Of a stretch of 64,000 nucleotides of DNA, positions 20,844 to 31,109 are shown in pieces. The DNA lies in NCBI GenBank assembly GCA_965212015.1, contig OZ243037.1, positions 384,001 to 448,000 of the forward strand, given 5' to 3'. The notes under the pieces are model-generated. The model made no database searches. It saw only the letters and a program-made list of their open reading frames with translations, and was not told where the DNA came from. A program made the position numbers and the translations under genes. Numbering within the stretch: the stretch's first letter is position 1; every line of letters starts with the position of its first letter. This DNA is from Cenarchaeum sp. (GTDB taxonomy: Archaea; Thermoproteota; Nitrososphaeria; Nitrososphaerales; Nitrosopumilaceae).

Positions 20844-22539
20844 AGTAGGGCGTTGTCCAGTAATTTCACTTTCTGACACTCCACACGGCGCATTATGAGG
20901 CATCAGAGCTAACCCGATTCCGGTTCGAAGGACATACTGGCAGCAGATCCGTGCAAATGGGCCTGCCAATCCGGCATATCACGAATGCCACAGGCCAGAG
21001 ACGTGCTATCTTGAAATCTGTTCGCCTTTTACCGGACATCGTACATCTCTTCTGACTTGCCGTCAATAACCGTTGCCCCTTGGGAGGGGGCATCTTGCGC
21101 TTAAATGCCCGGGCCGGCGCCGAGTATTAGCGAAACTCGCAACAATTCTGCATGACTTGTGTACAACCACACGTCTCAAAGTTACAAAACACGGCAAAAT
21201 ACGATCCGTAACACACAAAAAATATACAATTTCACAAAATCATGCGCAGAAATACAGCGCTTCGTGCTCCCTGCGTTATGTGATCAAAAACCGTACTTGA
21301 GGCATTCCCGCCGTTCATCCCACAACAGATCAAAGTTTGCAAGACCCGTCACTATTAGTAAATCCCTGTACAACGCTTCGTCTGTTCCGACATACAGCTT
21401 TGCCAGTATTTTATACTGCTTTTGCCGGCATATGGCGTGCTCTACTTTTATTCCAATATTGCAAATCTTTCCGTTTTCATCCTTTTGTACGTCGTCCAGC
21501 TCGGCATTTTTCGGTTTCTTGGTGGGTTTTTGGATGTTGGCACCGGGTAGATCTTCCTCGATGGCCTGATATCCCTTGTCCACGTATGCCGTAACCTCGT
21601 CCTTTTTTAGAATATTTTCATCATTCATGCTCTTGCTTAGCGGCCCCAGATCAATCTCGTTGTCGCAGAACATGTCAAGATCCTGCATCGATTCAGGCAC
21701 CGGTTTTCCTGCTGCGATAACCAGCTTGTCGCAGTTGGCCACTATGGTGGTGTTTATAGCGTGCTTTTTTTTCCTGCCGGCATAGTCTTTGCTTGCAACA
21801 GGATCAGACGGCCGCTCTATGGCTATGTACGTGCCGTCGATGTATATCTCACCTCCGTTGTTGTCCGGAACCAGATATTTTATCTTCCCTATATTTTTTG
21901 CATTCTGTATCTCTTTGGAGATATTTTCTGCAGGCAGAATCGCCAACAGAATTACCTTGGCAAACTCGAGATATCGTGCTTTGATCCACGTCGAATATGG
22001 AGTTGAATCCGTCCTGGGTTGTGCCGAGCCTTTCGCTCATCAGTGCCAGTAATAGTACGTGCCGAATGTGCAGCTTGCACCTGTTTCCGCGGCGGATCTT
22101 GTCGCTTGAAAACAGCTGGGCGTCCGGATATTTCTTTATCGCATCCGTGAATATTTTTAGAATGTAATCGAACTGTTTGCAGGTCTTTTTTGTCGCCTTG
22201 AGCAGCCTTTTTTTATCGTTGATAATTCCATCAAACGTCTCATAGGCGTGCATGAATTGGGATTTTCCTGGCTTTTTACGCCTGTCTGTGTTCTCGTAAG
22301 CGTACCACCGTCGGTCTTTACTGTCCAGTTTGTTCTCGAGTACCGTGATTTTTTGGTCTTTTTCTTTGATTAACCGGTCTTTTCTCACGAGTGCATTGTA
22401 TTTTTCCTTGATTAATGCTGTAATTCGTGCATTGTCTTGTTCTTGTAGCCAGACACCAGGCAAATGCGGCGATCATGCCTGATCTAAACCTGTTGGTTGA
22501 AAATAATTGTGGGCATTGTCAATACGCATGAGCCCTACT
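20844..22539 (-). mobile_element. IS5-family (ISL2/DDE_Tnp_4-like) insertion sequence; boundaries tentative
   Basis: Contains a split transposase and is more AT-rich than its flanks. A short 8-bp inverted repeat AGTAGGGC (20844-20851)/GCCCTACT (22532-22539) fills the gap between the copy 3 promoter and the copy 4 stop codon. Confidence 0.6.
21284..22463 (-). pseudogene. Frameshifted IS5-family transposase (HTH part 21849-22463, DDE part 21284-21946)
   Basis: HTH-like RGNRCKL..RHVLLLAL...FDVDQSTISR; DDE motifs IDGTYIAIERP, YAGRKKKHAIN, DKGYQ and VEHAI; frame change near 21965. Confidence 0.8.
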
Positions 22540-25500
22540 AGGGATCCTGCATGCCGTGAAGAACCAAAAAGGCCTCGCGTGAGTCGCCGTCGGCATTATG
22601 GATGCTGACTGTCGTTTCCAGGTCGTCAAAGGCCGGAACGGTATAGATGCCGCCGTAATAGAAATCACGCAGCTCCTCCATCTGAATAATGTGCGCGTCG
22701 CGCTTTTGGGCAAAGGCATCACACGCACGATTGTCCTCGTCGGTACACGCACTCGACATGTCGACTGGCGGCGCATCCACGTACGACCACGTGCCAAACG
22801 CGTTCTTTGTCCACTGGTGTCCCAGCTGGTCGGTCCACACGTCTGCAAGCTTGTCGGTCCGAGTCAGGTGCAGCTTTACTGCGTCGCCCTGGTTTGAGTG
22901 CCTCTCGCTGAGCTCGTGCGTGGGGGGCGCGTTTAGCGAGTCACCATACACCAGCAGCCCCTCGTTCATATAGTGGGTGGTGCCGCGCCTCTTTGAATCC
23001 AGCGCGTTTATTGCAAACGGCTCGTCGTACAGCGTCTCGCGGAACAGTACGCCATCTATGCTCAGCCGCACGCACAGCTCGTTTTTGTCTGTAGGCAGGC
23101 ACTGTACGCGCGATATCTCAAAGGTGGCGTCCTCGCCTATCACGCGATTCTCGTTTGAATATTCCACAGAGTCTATCATGTACGTGGAGTTTATGGAATA
23201 GTCACGTATCAGGTTTACGTTAATCTGCGCCTCTGCAGCATTCAGGGGCGAGCCTATTCCGGGCAGGCCAAAGCCGATGTTAAACGAGCGCAGGCCGTTT
23301 TGTGCGTACGCCGTTAGCGTAAAGTCGTGAAGCGAGTCAGTCTCTATGGTATTGCGTTTGTAATCGACGTGATAGTCAGTTACGTCGCGGCAGACATTGT
23401 CCATGGAATAGCCGCAGTCCACTATTTTTTGGCCAGTCGTGTACGACTTGCCAAACGTCGGCTTTGTCTTCCACTGCGTGTCGTCATCGCCGCCTCCCGA
23501 AGAGACCTGCTGCTGGGCAGTCTCAGGCGCATCGGCAAACTCGAACCTGTATGACGTAAACACATTCGCATTAACAGGGTCTTCTACAAACCCTACATCA
23601 AACGTTATTATTTCAGATCCAATAAGGTCATTCGTGCCGGGGGCTATTTGGTAATGGGTGGCATTGTGCATGGTTGCAGTGATGTGAGAGTTATCCGTGA
23701 CGCCATTACCGTCCTCTGGCAGCTGAACGTTACTGATCATAACATTCTCCGCAAAGGCGGCATCCCCCCTGACGACCTGATCTGCAAGGTTTATGAGGAA
23801 CGGCTCAAATCCGGGTGGCAAAAAGAACCTGCCTACCGGGGATTGTGGAAATCCCACCGGTACGGTTCCGGCAGGATCCGACTCGAATCGGAATAACAGT
23901 TGTTCGGGTTGGGGCGGATTTACCCCGTCATCCAGGGCAAAGGTAAACAGGGTCTGGCAGTTACAGTTGGGACCGGGGGGCGTTACGATGAGACGATCGC
24001 CCACTATACTGGCGGTTAACGCCTGGTTGCTCTGGCCCATTATGGTAACATCAAGGTGGGGCCTGCTGTTGTCAACATCCACAAACAGGTCATCCAGTGG
24101 GATGGCAAACCGGTCAGAGGTGTGGCGCGGTCCAAAAGCCAGGTCCCCTTGCAGTAGCCCGGGTGCCGCGTCAGTGTTAACGGTGACAATTATGTAATTG
24201 ACCGTCAGGCTGTCATGGAACAGCGCAATGACCTCTTCTGTAACAATCCTCTCTTCTGTGCCAACCCCTGCGGCCTGGACTACTGCCGGACCGTGCAGGA
24301 CTGCAGTGAACGTTACAGAATCCGAGGTGGATGTAAAGTCGGATGTCGGATCATACGATATGGACCCAGAGCCGTTGGATGGGAATATTCTAGTGTGGAT
24401 TGTGGTCCCGTTCGAGGCCAGCTCGGGAACAAGGGTGGCGCGATCGGTCTGGTTGATTCGAATCTCCCCCGTTGCAGACGCATTGTTGGCAGTTATTATA
24501 ATGTGGTTAAACGCCACCGTCGGGTCTATGGCAAAGTCGTTCCAGTTCAGGACGACATCCGCATCCAAAAGGCCATGGTTTACATTAACTGAGGAGTCCT
24601 GGAATATGCCGGACTCGGTCGTCGGTATGCCCAGCACTAAAACCGTAATAGCCTCACAGGTGGCAGCTGTTGCTATGCCCGGTGCCATGCTTTCGGCGCA
24701 CAGCCTAGCTACCACTATGCCTGGCGATACCGGATCTATGATCAATATGTTTGATGATGACAAAATGGACAAATCTACGATTCCGGGATCCGGGTTGGTC
24801 ACATTATACATAATGTCATCGCCATCCGGATCCTCAAAAAACTGGTCCAAGAATACAAGCGTGTTCGCATCCCGGGGACCAACTACATATTCTGCCGGCA
24901 GGGTGGAATTGGCGGCCACATCGGTCTTGTTTACAGTTATATCAAATCCGCCAAAAAACATGCTTCCGTCCTCTAAGGCAAACGTATAGGTTATCGGGAT
25001 GGGCGGCGACTGTATGCCGGTGGTCACAAATGTGTCGGATATCGTGTGTCTTGTTCTTTCGTCCGTTTCTTCGTCTATCGTCTGGCTGACTATCTGAAAT
25101 CCATCTATGAATATTATACCTGTGGTGTCGTTAAACTGCAGAGGGTCGGCGCCACTCGCTACAAGTTCTTGTATCGACTGTAGATCCAGTTTTTCCAGGT
25201 CTACCACCCTAGAAAAATTAATTACACTTAGCGGTATTCCCAGCTCGCCGGTTACCACCGGAATAGTGTCCCTGTCGATGGGGGATTCGGTATGGGAGAG
25301 GATATACAATGGCAGGGAATTCAGCGTCTGTCCCTCGTTTATCGACTGGTCAGTGATGCCACTGATCACAGCGGTAGTACTAGTCATCACTTGCAAAGAC
25401 GAGATGACAGAGCCGTCACACACGATATAATCGATGGTGGCCGTACCGGTGTTGCCAGTCGACATAAAGGTCGCAAGGCCCGTATCGGAATCAATCGCAA

Positions 25501-28500
25501 GGGAGCCCGGAGTGATGGTGTTGCCTGCCAGGCCCGTAAAGGAATACGTCAGGATGTCCCCGGCATCGGTATCACTGGTATACAGGGAGAGATCCAGCTG
25601 TGTGGAAGTTGAGACAAGCGGAATGTTCATGTTGTTCACGTTCACGGGAGCGTTGTTGGGCGACCTCTCATTGCCGAATACACCAACGGTATAGTCGCGC
25701 GAGACATCATCGGTATCATCGCCATCAAAGCCGTCATCAGATACCGTAACTGTAAACGATACAGAGCCGGTAGCGGCGCACCTTGCTGGTGTGTCCTCGG
25801 CCCTATAGAGGCCCGTGTTGTCCTGCGGGACAATACCGGAGAGCTGTCCCGTGTCGGAATCTATGCTCAGCCAGTCCGGATGGTTCGAGAGGCTGTATTC
25901 CAGTGTGTCACCGTCGAGATCGGATCCCGGAATCTGATTGGAGAGATTCTCGTCCTCTGTAAATCCAAAGTTCAGGTCCCCAAGGACGGGTTCCGCGTTT
26001 AGCGTGAATTCGTGTACGGTGTTGCTGGGGTCGTTTCTTACAAAGGACATTGTTGTAAAGTCAGTCGAGAACGCAAGGCCCTGTGCCGAATTGGCCGTCC
26101 CCAGCGGCTGCGTGGCCTCTAGGGACAGGGTACTCACGTCATATGCCACACCGAACGTATACGCATAGAGGTCTCTGGCAGTAAGGACGTACATTACCGT
26201 GCCGTCGTCGTTGACTGCAAGCGACCTCTGGAATGCTTGAATTATCGGGGACGTGACAAAGTCGTTTGCATCACCGGATGATACGTCAAAGGCGACGTCG
26301 AGCGAAAAGCCATATATGCGGCCGCCGCCGCTGGCGCTGTCTATCACGTACAGGTGGGTGCCGTCGCGCGAGAATTCCATTCCCTGCGCGCCGGTAGTGG
26401 CAGCCGAGATGTCCAGGTCGTCGTTCAGATAGGTGGGATTTGAAATGTCAAAGGCGCCGGACAGATCGTACTCTAGTATTTCATTAGCTGTGGTGCCCAG
26501 CACGAACATCTTTTGGCCGTTAGTCGAGAACTCTAGTGCACGGGGCGAGGTGTCCTGGGTTACCGAATATATCGGCGGACCTATGTTGCTCGTCGCCGTG
26601 GATGAGTTAAAGTTTGTAGAAAGCGCATACCGGTGTATCTGGTCGCCGCCGTCATTTATTATAAATATCGCATCGCCGCTGCCTGAGAAATCAATGTCTG
26701 CGGAGAAGGCGAACGCTGTTGTTATGGAGGAGCTCGAGGTATAGTCGAGCATGACATTCAGCGACAGATCAATTGAATAGGCATTCGATGCCTCGTTGCT
26801 TCCCACCGCGTTTGCCGGTATTGACACCGTTATGGTGGCATCGTCTGCCCCGCGCAGCACGTCAAAGGCGTACTCGGCACCGGAGCCGGTAAGGTTTGAC
26901 GGCACGTGGGTGCCGGCAGACAGGGCGGTGCCGTTAGGTGCAACGCTAGATATTGTAATGTCACTCAGCTCAAATCCGGTCACCGAACGGCCAAATTCGA
27001 CGTTAAACGATGCAATGCCGTCAGCAGCAGTCGCCCCCGGCGGATTGCTGTCGATTTCCGTCGTAAACGAGCTAGTGGCGACGGAATACCTAAAGATGTC
27101 GACTGTTGTGCTTTCTACTGCAAACAGGTGCAGGCCGTTATCAGCAACTGCCATGCTGCGGGGACCCACGATGGGAAGCGTTTGGAAGATGCCGCTGTAC
27201 GATATGGAGGAGGAGTCCACGGCATACTCGTGCAACACACTGTCAGCTCCTACGACAAGCATGGCCGTACTGTTGTAAAATGCCACGTCCTGCGGCGTGG
27301 CCGGATTACTGCCCAAATTAAGGGATCTGTCGTATGTCACATCAGAGATTGAAAAGGGGATTGCCAGCGTGTGCTCGTGGACCCGGCTGTTGGCAGGGGT
27401 CAAGCCCTCCACTATAAACAGCTTTGTGCCATCAGATGAAATGGTGAATCCGTTGGGGCCGCCCGCCAGATTGGTCGGCGTGAGCGTGTTTACCTGCGTG
27501 CGCGGATCCAGGACATATGGCGCATCCAGGGCAAATTCATAGAGCTCGCCGGAAAATTCATTCATTAGAATCATGGTGCGCCCGTCGTTTGAGAACTCTA
27601 GATCCGTTGCGGAAAGACTCCGCGGTACCGAAGACTCAAAGTCACGTGTGATGTCGCTGTTGGTGTCAGATGTCGTGTTTGCAAAGTCAAACGGCGTGAT
27701 TGTCGTGTACCGGGTAATGTCGCTGTCGCCACTTTCCAGGACGAACATGTGCAGCCCGTCGTTTGAGAATTGTATGCCGGCAGGCTGGTCACCAAACAGC
27801 CTATCAAAGGTGTCATCAGCTACGAGCTCGCCTGCGACAAAGGGCGTTATGGAATTCACCACGCGGAGTATTATTGGCTCGATGTCAGAGCCGCCGGTAT
27901 TTGTGGCGGTGACGTTAAAGGAGAACGTGCCTGCGGTATCCGGCGTCCAGCTGAATGCGCCGCCGGGCGTTATCGCGGCATCTTCCAGCGCACCGCCGGG
28001 CGCAAAGTCCGCCGGCACACCATCAAGTGTGAATCCAGCCGCCGGCCTGCCCGCTACCTGCCCGAACTGCAGGCTGATCCCCTCGTTTATCACGTACTGT
28101 GGCTGTATTATCGGCAGTACGATTATGGGCGGAACGAGTTTTCGCGTGAATTCGATTATGGTGTTGGTGGCACCATCTCCTACAACGTACATTCTTTCAC
28201 GGTCAGGCGAGAACACAAATCCCTGTGCAGGTTGGGTTATGCCCAGCGGCTGCGTGGCCTCTAGGGACAGGGTACTCACGTCATATGCCACACCGAACGT
28301 ATACGCATAGAGGTCGCTGACACCAAGGACGTACATTACCGTGCCGTCATCGTTGACTGCAAGCGACCTCTGATTGCGTTGAAGTGCAGGGGACGTGACA
28401 AGGTCGTTTGCATCACCGGATGACAAGTCAAAGCCAACATCGAGCGGAAAGCCATATATGCGGCCGCTGTCGTCGGTGGAGTCTATCACGTACATGTGGG

Positions 28501-30643
28501 TGCCGTCACGCGAGAATGCCAGTCCTTGCACGCCGGAAGCGGCAGTGACGGGCAAGGTGTCTACTGTACCGGGATTTGAAATATCAAAATCGCCTCCCAG
28601 ATTGTACTCGCGTACATCTCTATCGTCGGCGTCTAGCACGAACATTTTTTGGCCGTTGGCCGAAAACTCTACTTCTCTAGGTAAGTTGTCCAGGATAACA
28701 GTATACGACTGATCGGCGTCTGAATCAGCCGAGAGTGGGTTAAAGTTCGTACCAAGCGCATACCGGTTTATCGTATTGGTGACGTCATGATTTAGTATAA
28801 ATATTCTATTGCCGGTATTTGTGAAATCTATGTCTTGGGCGTCCCTAACCGTTCTTAGTAAACCGTTACTCCGGGTATAGTCGATCGAGAGAAACAGCTC
28901 CAGATCGACGGAAAGAGTGTTCGATGCCTCGTTGCCTCCCGTCACGTTTGCCGGTATTGACACCGTTATGGTGGCATCGTTGGCCCCGCGCAGCACGTCA
29001 AAGGCGTACTCGGCACCGGAGCCCGTAAGGTTTGACGGCACATGGGTGCCCATATCACTGTCCACTATAATGCCATCCAGTCCAAATCCCGTCACTATAT
29101 CGCTAAATGTGGCGTTAAACGAAGCCTTGCCGTTGGCGTCAGCCGGGGTAGTATCGGTAATTTGCACCGTGGCCGACGTGCCAAAAGTGGTGACATAGTT
29201 ATTCGATGCCTCATTGTCGTTGGTTTGAGAATCGACGGCCACGCCCGCAGGAACGGATACCGTTATGGTGCCTTCGACGCCGTTGCGCTGCACCTCAAAG
29301 GAGAATCTGGTACCTTCAGATGGGTTCTCCAGCATAAAGCTTGATGCCATGTGGGTGCCGTCAGGCGCAGTGCTAGACACCATAATATCATCCTCCGTAA
29401 ATCCCGACACGCTCTCGCTGAACGTGGCGTTAAACCGTATTGTATTCCTACTGCTGATGCCGTTATTTGGCACGTCGGTGCTGGAGATTGTAACTGTTGG
29501 CAGGTCGGCATTCAGCACAGTAAAAGTGGCGGTAAAGGGAATTGGCGCCGAATTGGCAGTACTGTCCGATATGCTTGTCGCCATGCCTGCGGGAATCGAT
29601 ACGGTCACATCGCCAATGGTGGATCCCACATTGACGTCAAACGTGTACAGGGCGGCGTCGTCGGGGTCTGCCACAAATTCAGATACCATGGGACTGCCGC
29701 CGTTTACGGTACCAGTCAAGACAATGCCGTTTTCATCAAATCCGCTCACATCCTCGTTGAACCTGACGGTAAACCTTATGTTTGGCTCGGCCGTGGAGCT
29801 GCCGTTTGTAATCCCGGCATTGGCGGTGATTACCGCCGTAGTGGGCAGGGTAAAGGCGGCAGGAAGCACGTATTGTCTGATAGCATCGATGCCAGTAGAA
29901 TCAAGCAAATACATCATGGTACCATCAGGCGAGAAATCCATTCCGCGATAACTTGCCGTGTCAAGGGGGACAAATGTGTCATCCGGTGAATTCCAGAGGG
30001 TGCCGTTTATGTGATAGGCAGGATTTAGATTAAACTGGCGGATCTCCGTAGCGATCATGACGAACAGTCTTGTGCCGTCAGTGGAGATTGACATGCCTTG
30101 AACCATCCCGGCTGGATTAAAACTGCCGTGGGGACGGTTATTGGGAGTTGACTGGGTGCTTATATCATAGGGCGTCCCGAGTTGGTATGATCGGACATTT
30201 CCTTCTCCGATAAATACCCAGTTGCCGTCATTTGATAACGTGCCTCCAAACCCTCGGGGGAGGTGGCCGCCAAGGGAATTTCCAAGCGAATAATCCGAAT
30301 CATCGAGTTCAAATGCGGCTATGTGGCCCCTCCCAGTATTTGGAAAATATATGCGGTCATTTGTAGATGAGAGTATTACATCCTGTATCATGCGGGCATT
30401 GGCGTCGGGCACCGCGACTGCGCTGTCAAGCGATGCAGTCGTAATATCAAATGGGGTACCGAGTGTGTGTACAAAGTACTGGCTGCTTCGCACAATAAGC
30501 ATCGTAGACCCGTCATCTGAGATGGCCACCCCCGTTCCTCCACCTATATCTGGGATGGGAAAGTTGGACTGCGCATGGGCCGAAATAGGGATTATAACCA
30601 ACAATGGCAATAGTAATGCTGCGACTAGCAGGGTCTTTTGCAT
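22538..30643 (-). CDS. Giant secreted surface protein, copy 4 (2701 aa; four propeller regions)
   Basis: Signal peptide MQKTLLVAALLLPLL, repeated FSxDG blades and Ig-like modules; the last ~900 aa are nearly identical to copy 2. Confidence 0.92.
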   Translation of the reverse strand: MQKTLLVAALLLPLLVIIPISAHAQSNFPIPDIGGGTGVAISDDGSTMLIVRSSQYFVHTLGTPFDITTASLDSAVAVPDANARMIQDVILSSTNDRIYFPNTGRGHIAAFELDDSDYSLGNSLGGHLPRGFGGTLSNDGNWVFIGEGNVRSYQLGTPYDISTQSTPNNRPHGSFNPAGMVQGMSISTDGTRLFVMIATEIRQFNLNPAYHINGTLWNSPDDTFVPLDTASYRGMDFSPDGTMMYLLDSTGIDAIRQYVLPAAFTLPTTAVITANAGITNGSSTAEPNIRFTVRFNEDVSGFDENGIVLTGTVNGGSPMVSEFVADPDDAALYTFDVNVGSTIGDVTVSIPAGMATSISDSTANSAPIPFTATFTVLNADLPTVTISSTDVPNNGISSRNTIRFNATFSESVSGFTEDDIMVSSTAPDGTHMASSFMLENPSEGTRFSFEVQRNGVEGTITVSVPAGVAVDSQTNDNEASNNYVTTFGTSATVQITDTTPADANGKASFNATFSDIVTGFGLDGIIVDSDMGTHVPSNLTGSGAEYAFDVLRGANDATITVSIPANVTGGNEASNTLSVDLELFLSIDYTRSNGLLRTVRDAQDIDFTNTGNRIFILNHDVTNTINRYALGTNFNPLSADSDADQSYTVILDNLPREVEFSANGQKMFVLDADDRDVREYNLGGDFDISNPGTVDTLPVTAASGVQGLAFSRDGTHMYVIDSTDDSGRIYGFPLDVGFDLSSGDANDLVTSPALQRNQRSLAVNDDGTVMYVLGVSDLYAYTFGVAYDVSTLSLEATQPLGITQPAQGFVFSPDRERMYVVGDGATNTIIEFTRKLVPPIIVLPIIQPQYVINEGISLQFGQVAGRPAAGFTLDGVPADFAPGGALEDAAITPGGAFSWTPDTAGTFSFNVTATNTGGSDIEPIILRVVNSITPFVAGELVADDTFDRLFGDQPAGIQFSNDGLHMFVLESGDSDITRYTTITPFDFANTTSDTNSDITRDFESSVPRSLSATDLEFSNDGRTMILMNEFSGELYEFALDAPYVLDPRTQVNTLTPTNLAGGPNGFTISSDGTKLFIVEGLTPANSRVHEHTLAIPFSISDVTYDRSLNLGSNPATPQDVAFYNSTAMLVVGADSVLHEYAVDSSSISYSGIFQTLPIVGPRSMAVADNGLHLFAVESTTVDIFRYSVATSSFTTEIDSNPPGATAADGIASFNVEFGRSVTGFELSDITISSVAPNGTALSAGTHVPSNLTGSGAEYAFDVLRGADDATITVSIPANAVGSNEASNAYSIDLSLNVMLDYTSSSSITTAFAFSADIDFSGSGDAIFIINDGGDQIHRYALSTNFNSSTATSNIGPPIYSVTQDTSPRALEFSTNGQKMFVLGTTANEILEYDLSGAFDISNPTYLNDDLDISAATTGAQGMEFSRDGTHLYVIDSASGGGRIYGFSLDVAFDVSSGDANDFVTSPIIQAFQRSLAVNDDGTVMYVLTARDLYAYTFGVAYDVSTLSLEATQPLGTANSAQGLAFSTDFTTMSFVRNDPSNTVHEFTLNAEPVLGDLNFGFTEDENLSNQIPGSDLDGDTLEYSLSNHPDWLSIDSDTGQLSGIVPQDNTGLYRAEDTPARCAATGSVSFTVTVSDDGFDGDDTDDVSRDYTVGVFGNERSPNNAPVNVNNMNIPLVSTSTQLDLSLYTSDTDAGDILTYSFTGLAGNTITPGSLAIDSDTGLATFMSTGNTGTATIDYIVCDGSVISSLQVMTSTTAVISGITDQSINEGQTLNSLPLYILSHTESPIDRDTIPVVTGELGIPLSVINFSRVVDLEKLDLQSIQELVASGADPLQFNDTTGIIFIDGFQIVSQTIDEETDERTRHTISDTFVTTGIQSPPIPITYTFALEDGSMFFGGFDITVNKTDVAANSTLPAEYVVGPRDANTLVFLDQFFEDPDGDDIMYNVTNPDPGIVDLSILSSSNILIIDPVSPGIVVARLCAESMAPGIATAATCEAITVLVLGIPTTESGIFQDSSVNVNHGLLDADVVLNWNDFAIDPTVAFNHIIITANNASATGEIRINQTDRATLVPELASNGTTIHTRIFPSNGSGSISYDPTSDFTSTSDSVTFTAVLHGPAVVQAAGVGTEERIVTEEVIALFHDSLTVNYIIVTVNTDAAPGLLQGDLAFGPRHTSDRFAIPLDDLFVDVDNSRPHLDVTIMGQSNQALTASIVGDRLIVTPPGPNCNCQTLFTFALDDGVNPPQPEQLLFRFESDPAGTVPVGFPQSPVGRFFLPPGFEPFLINLADQVVRGDAAFAENVMISNVQLPEDGNGVTDNSHITATMHNATHYQIAPGTNDLIGSEIITFDVGFVEDPVNANVFTSYRFEFADAPETAQQQVSSGGGDDDTQWKTKPTFGKSYTTGQKIVDCGYSMDNVCRDVTDYHVDYKRNTIETDSLHDFTLTAYAQNGLRSFNIGFGLPGIGSPLNAAEAQINVNLIRDYSINSTYMIDSVEYSNENRVIGEDATFEISRVQCLPTDKNELCVRLSIDGVLFRETLYDEPFAINALDSKRRGTTHYMNEGLLVYGDSLNAPPTHELSERHSNQGDAVKLHLTRTDKLADVWTDQLGHQWTKNAFGTWSYVDAPPVDMSSACTDEDNRACDAFAQKRDAHIIQMEELRDFYYGGIYTVPAFDDLETTVSIHNADGDSREAFLVLHGMQDP

Positions 30644-30713
30644 ATACCGTCCCCCCCCCCCGATTGCTTATAAAAGTATGCGGTCAAGACAGGTGATTGA
30701 TCAGGTCGTACAC
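30644..30713 (-). promoter_or_regulatory. Core promoter of copy 4 with a G11 tract, plus an upstream motif shared with copy 5
   Basis: ATACTTTTATAAGCAATC-G11-ACGGTAT-ATG. 30685-30712 (CAAGACAGGTGATTGATCAGGTCGTACA) matches 38549-38576 at 26/28. Confidence 0.72.
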
Positions 30714-31109
30714 GAGGGCAGGTTTTTCATCATACGGCCGATCTAAGTAATTTTGAGGCCAGACCATACCCGACATCTTGGAATTCTGGATTTTACGCGA
30801 ATCCGATCATGGCAACATACGTAACCTGCCATGTCCCGTACCTGTAGATTCCATGCATTCTTGGAACCTGTTCCTGAACGTGTGATGCGCCTTTTCCTCC
30901 CGTATCATACCATGATCGCATCACAATAATGGGCATTTTGCCCTTTTTGACGCTATACAAGACAGGGCCCGGAATTCCAAAAGATATGCCTTGCCGCGAT
31001 TCGTCACACGCAGACCCTTGATGCGCGCGCCATACCTATAGTCCGGTTCCGCACCACGGGCCTTTTTTGTTTGAGAGCACGAAAATGGCACACAAAGAAA
31101 CCCGGTATT

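Noticed and set aside
30730-31100. Possible small gene or toxin fragment between copies 4 and 5
   Set aside because: Only short open frames are present, with no convincing motif.
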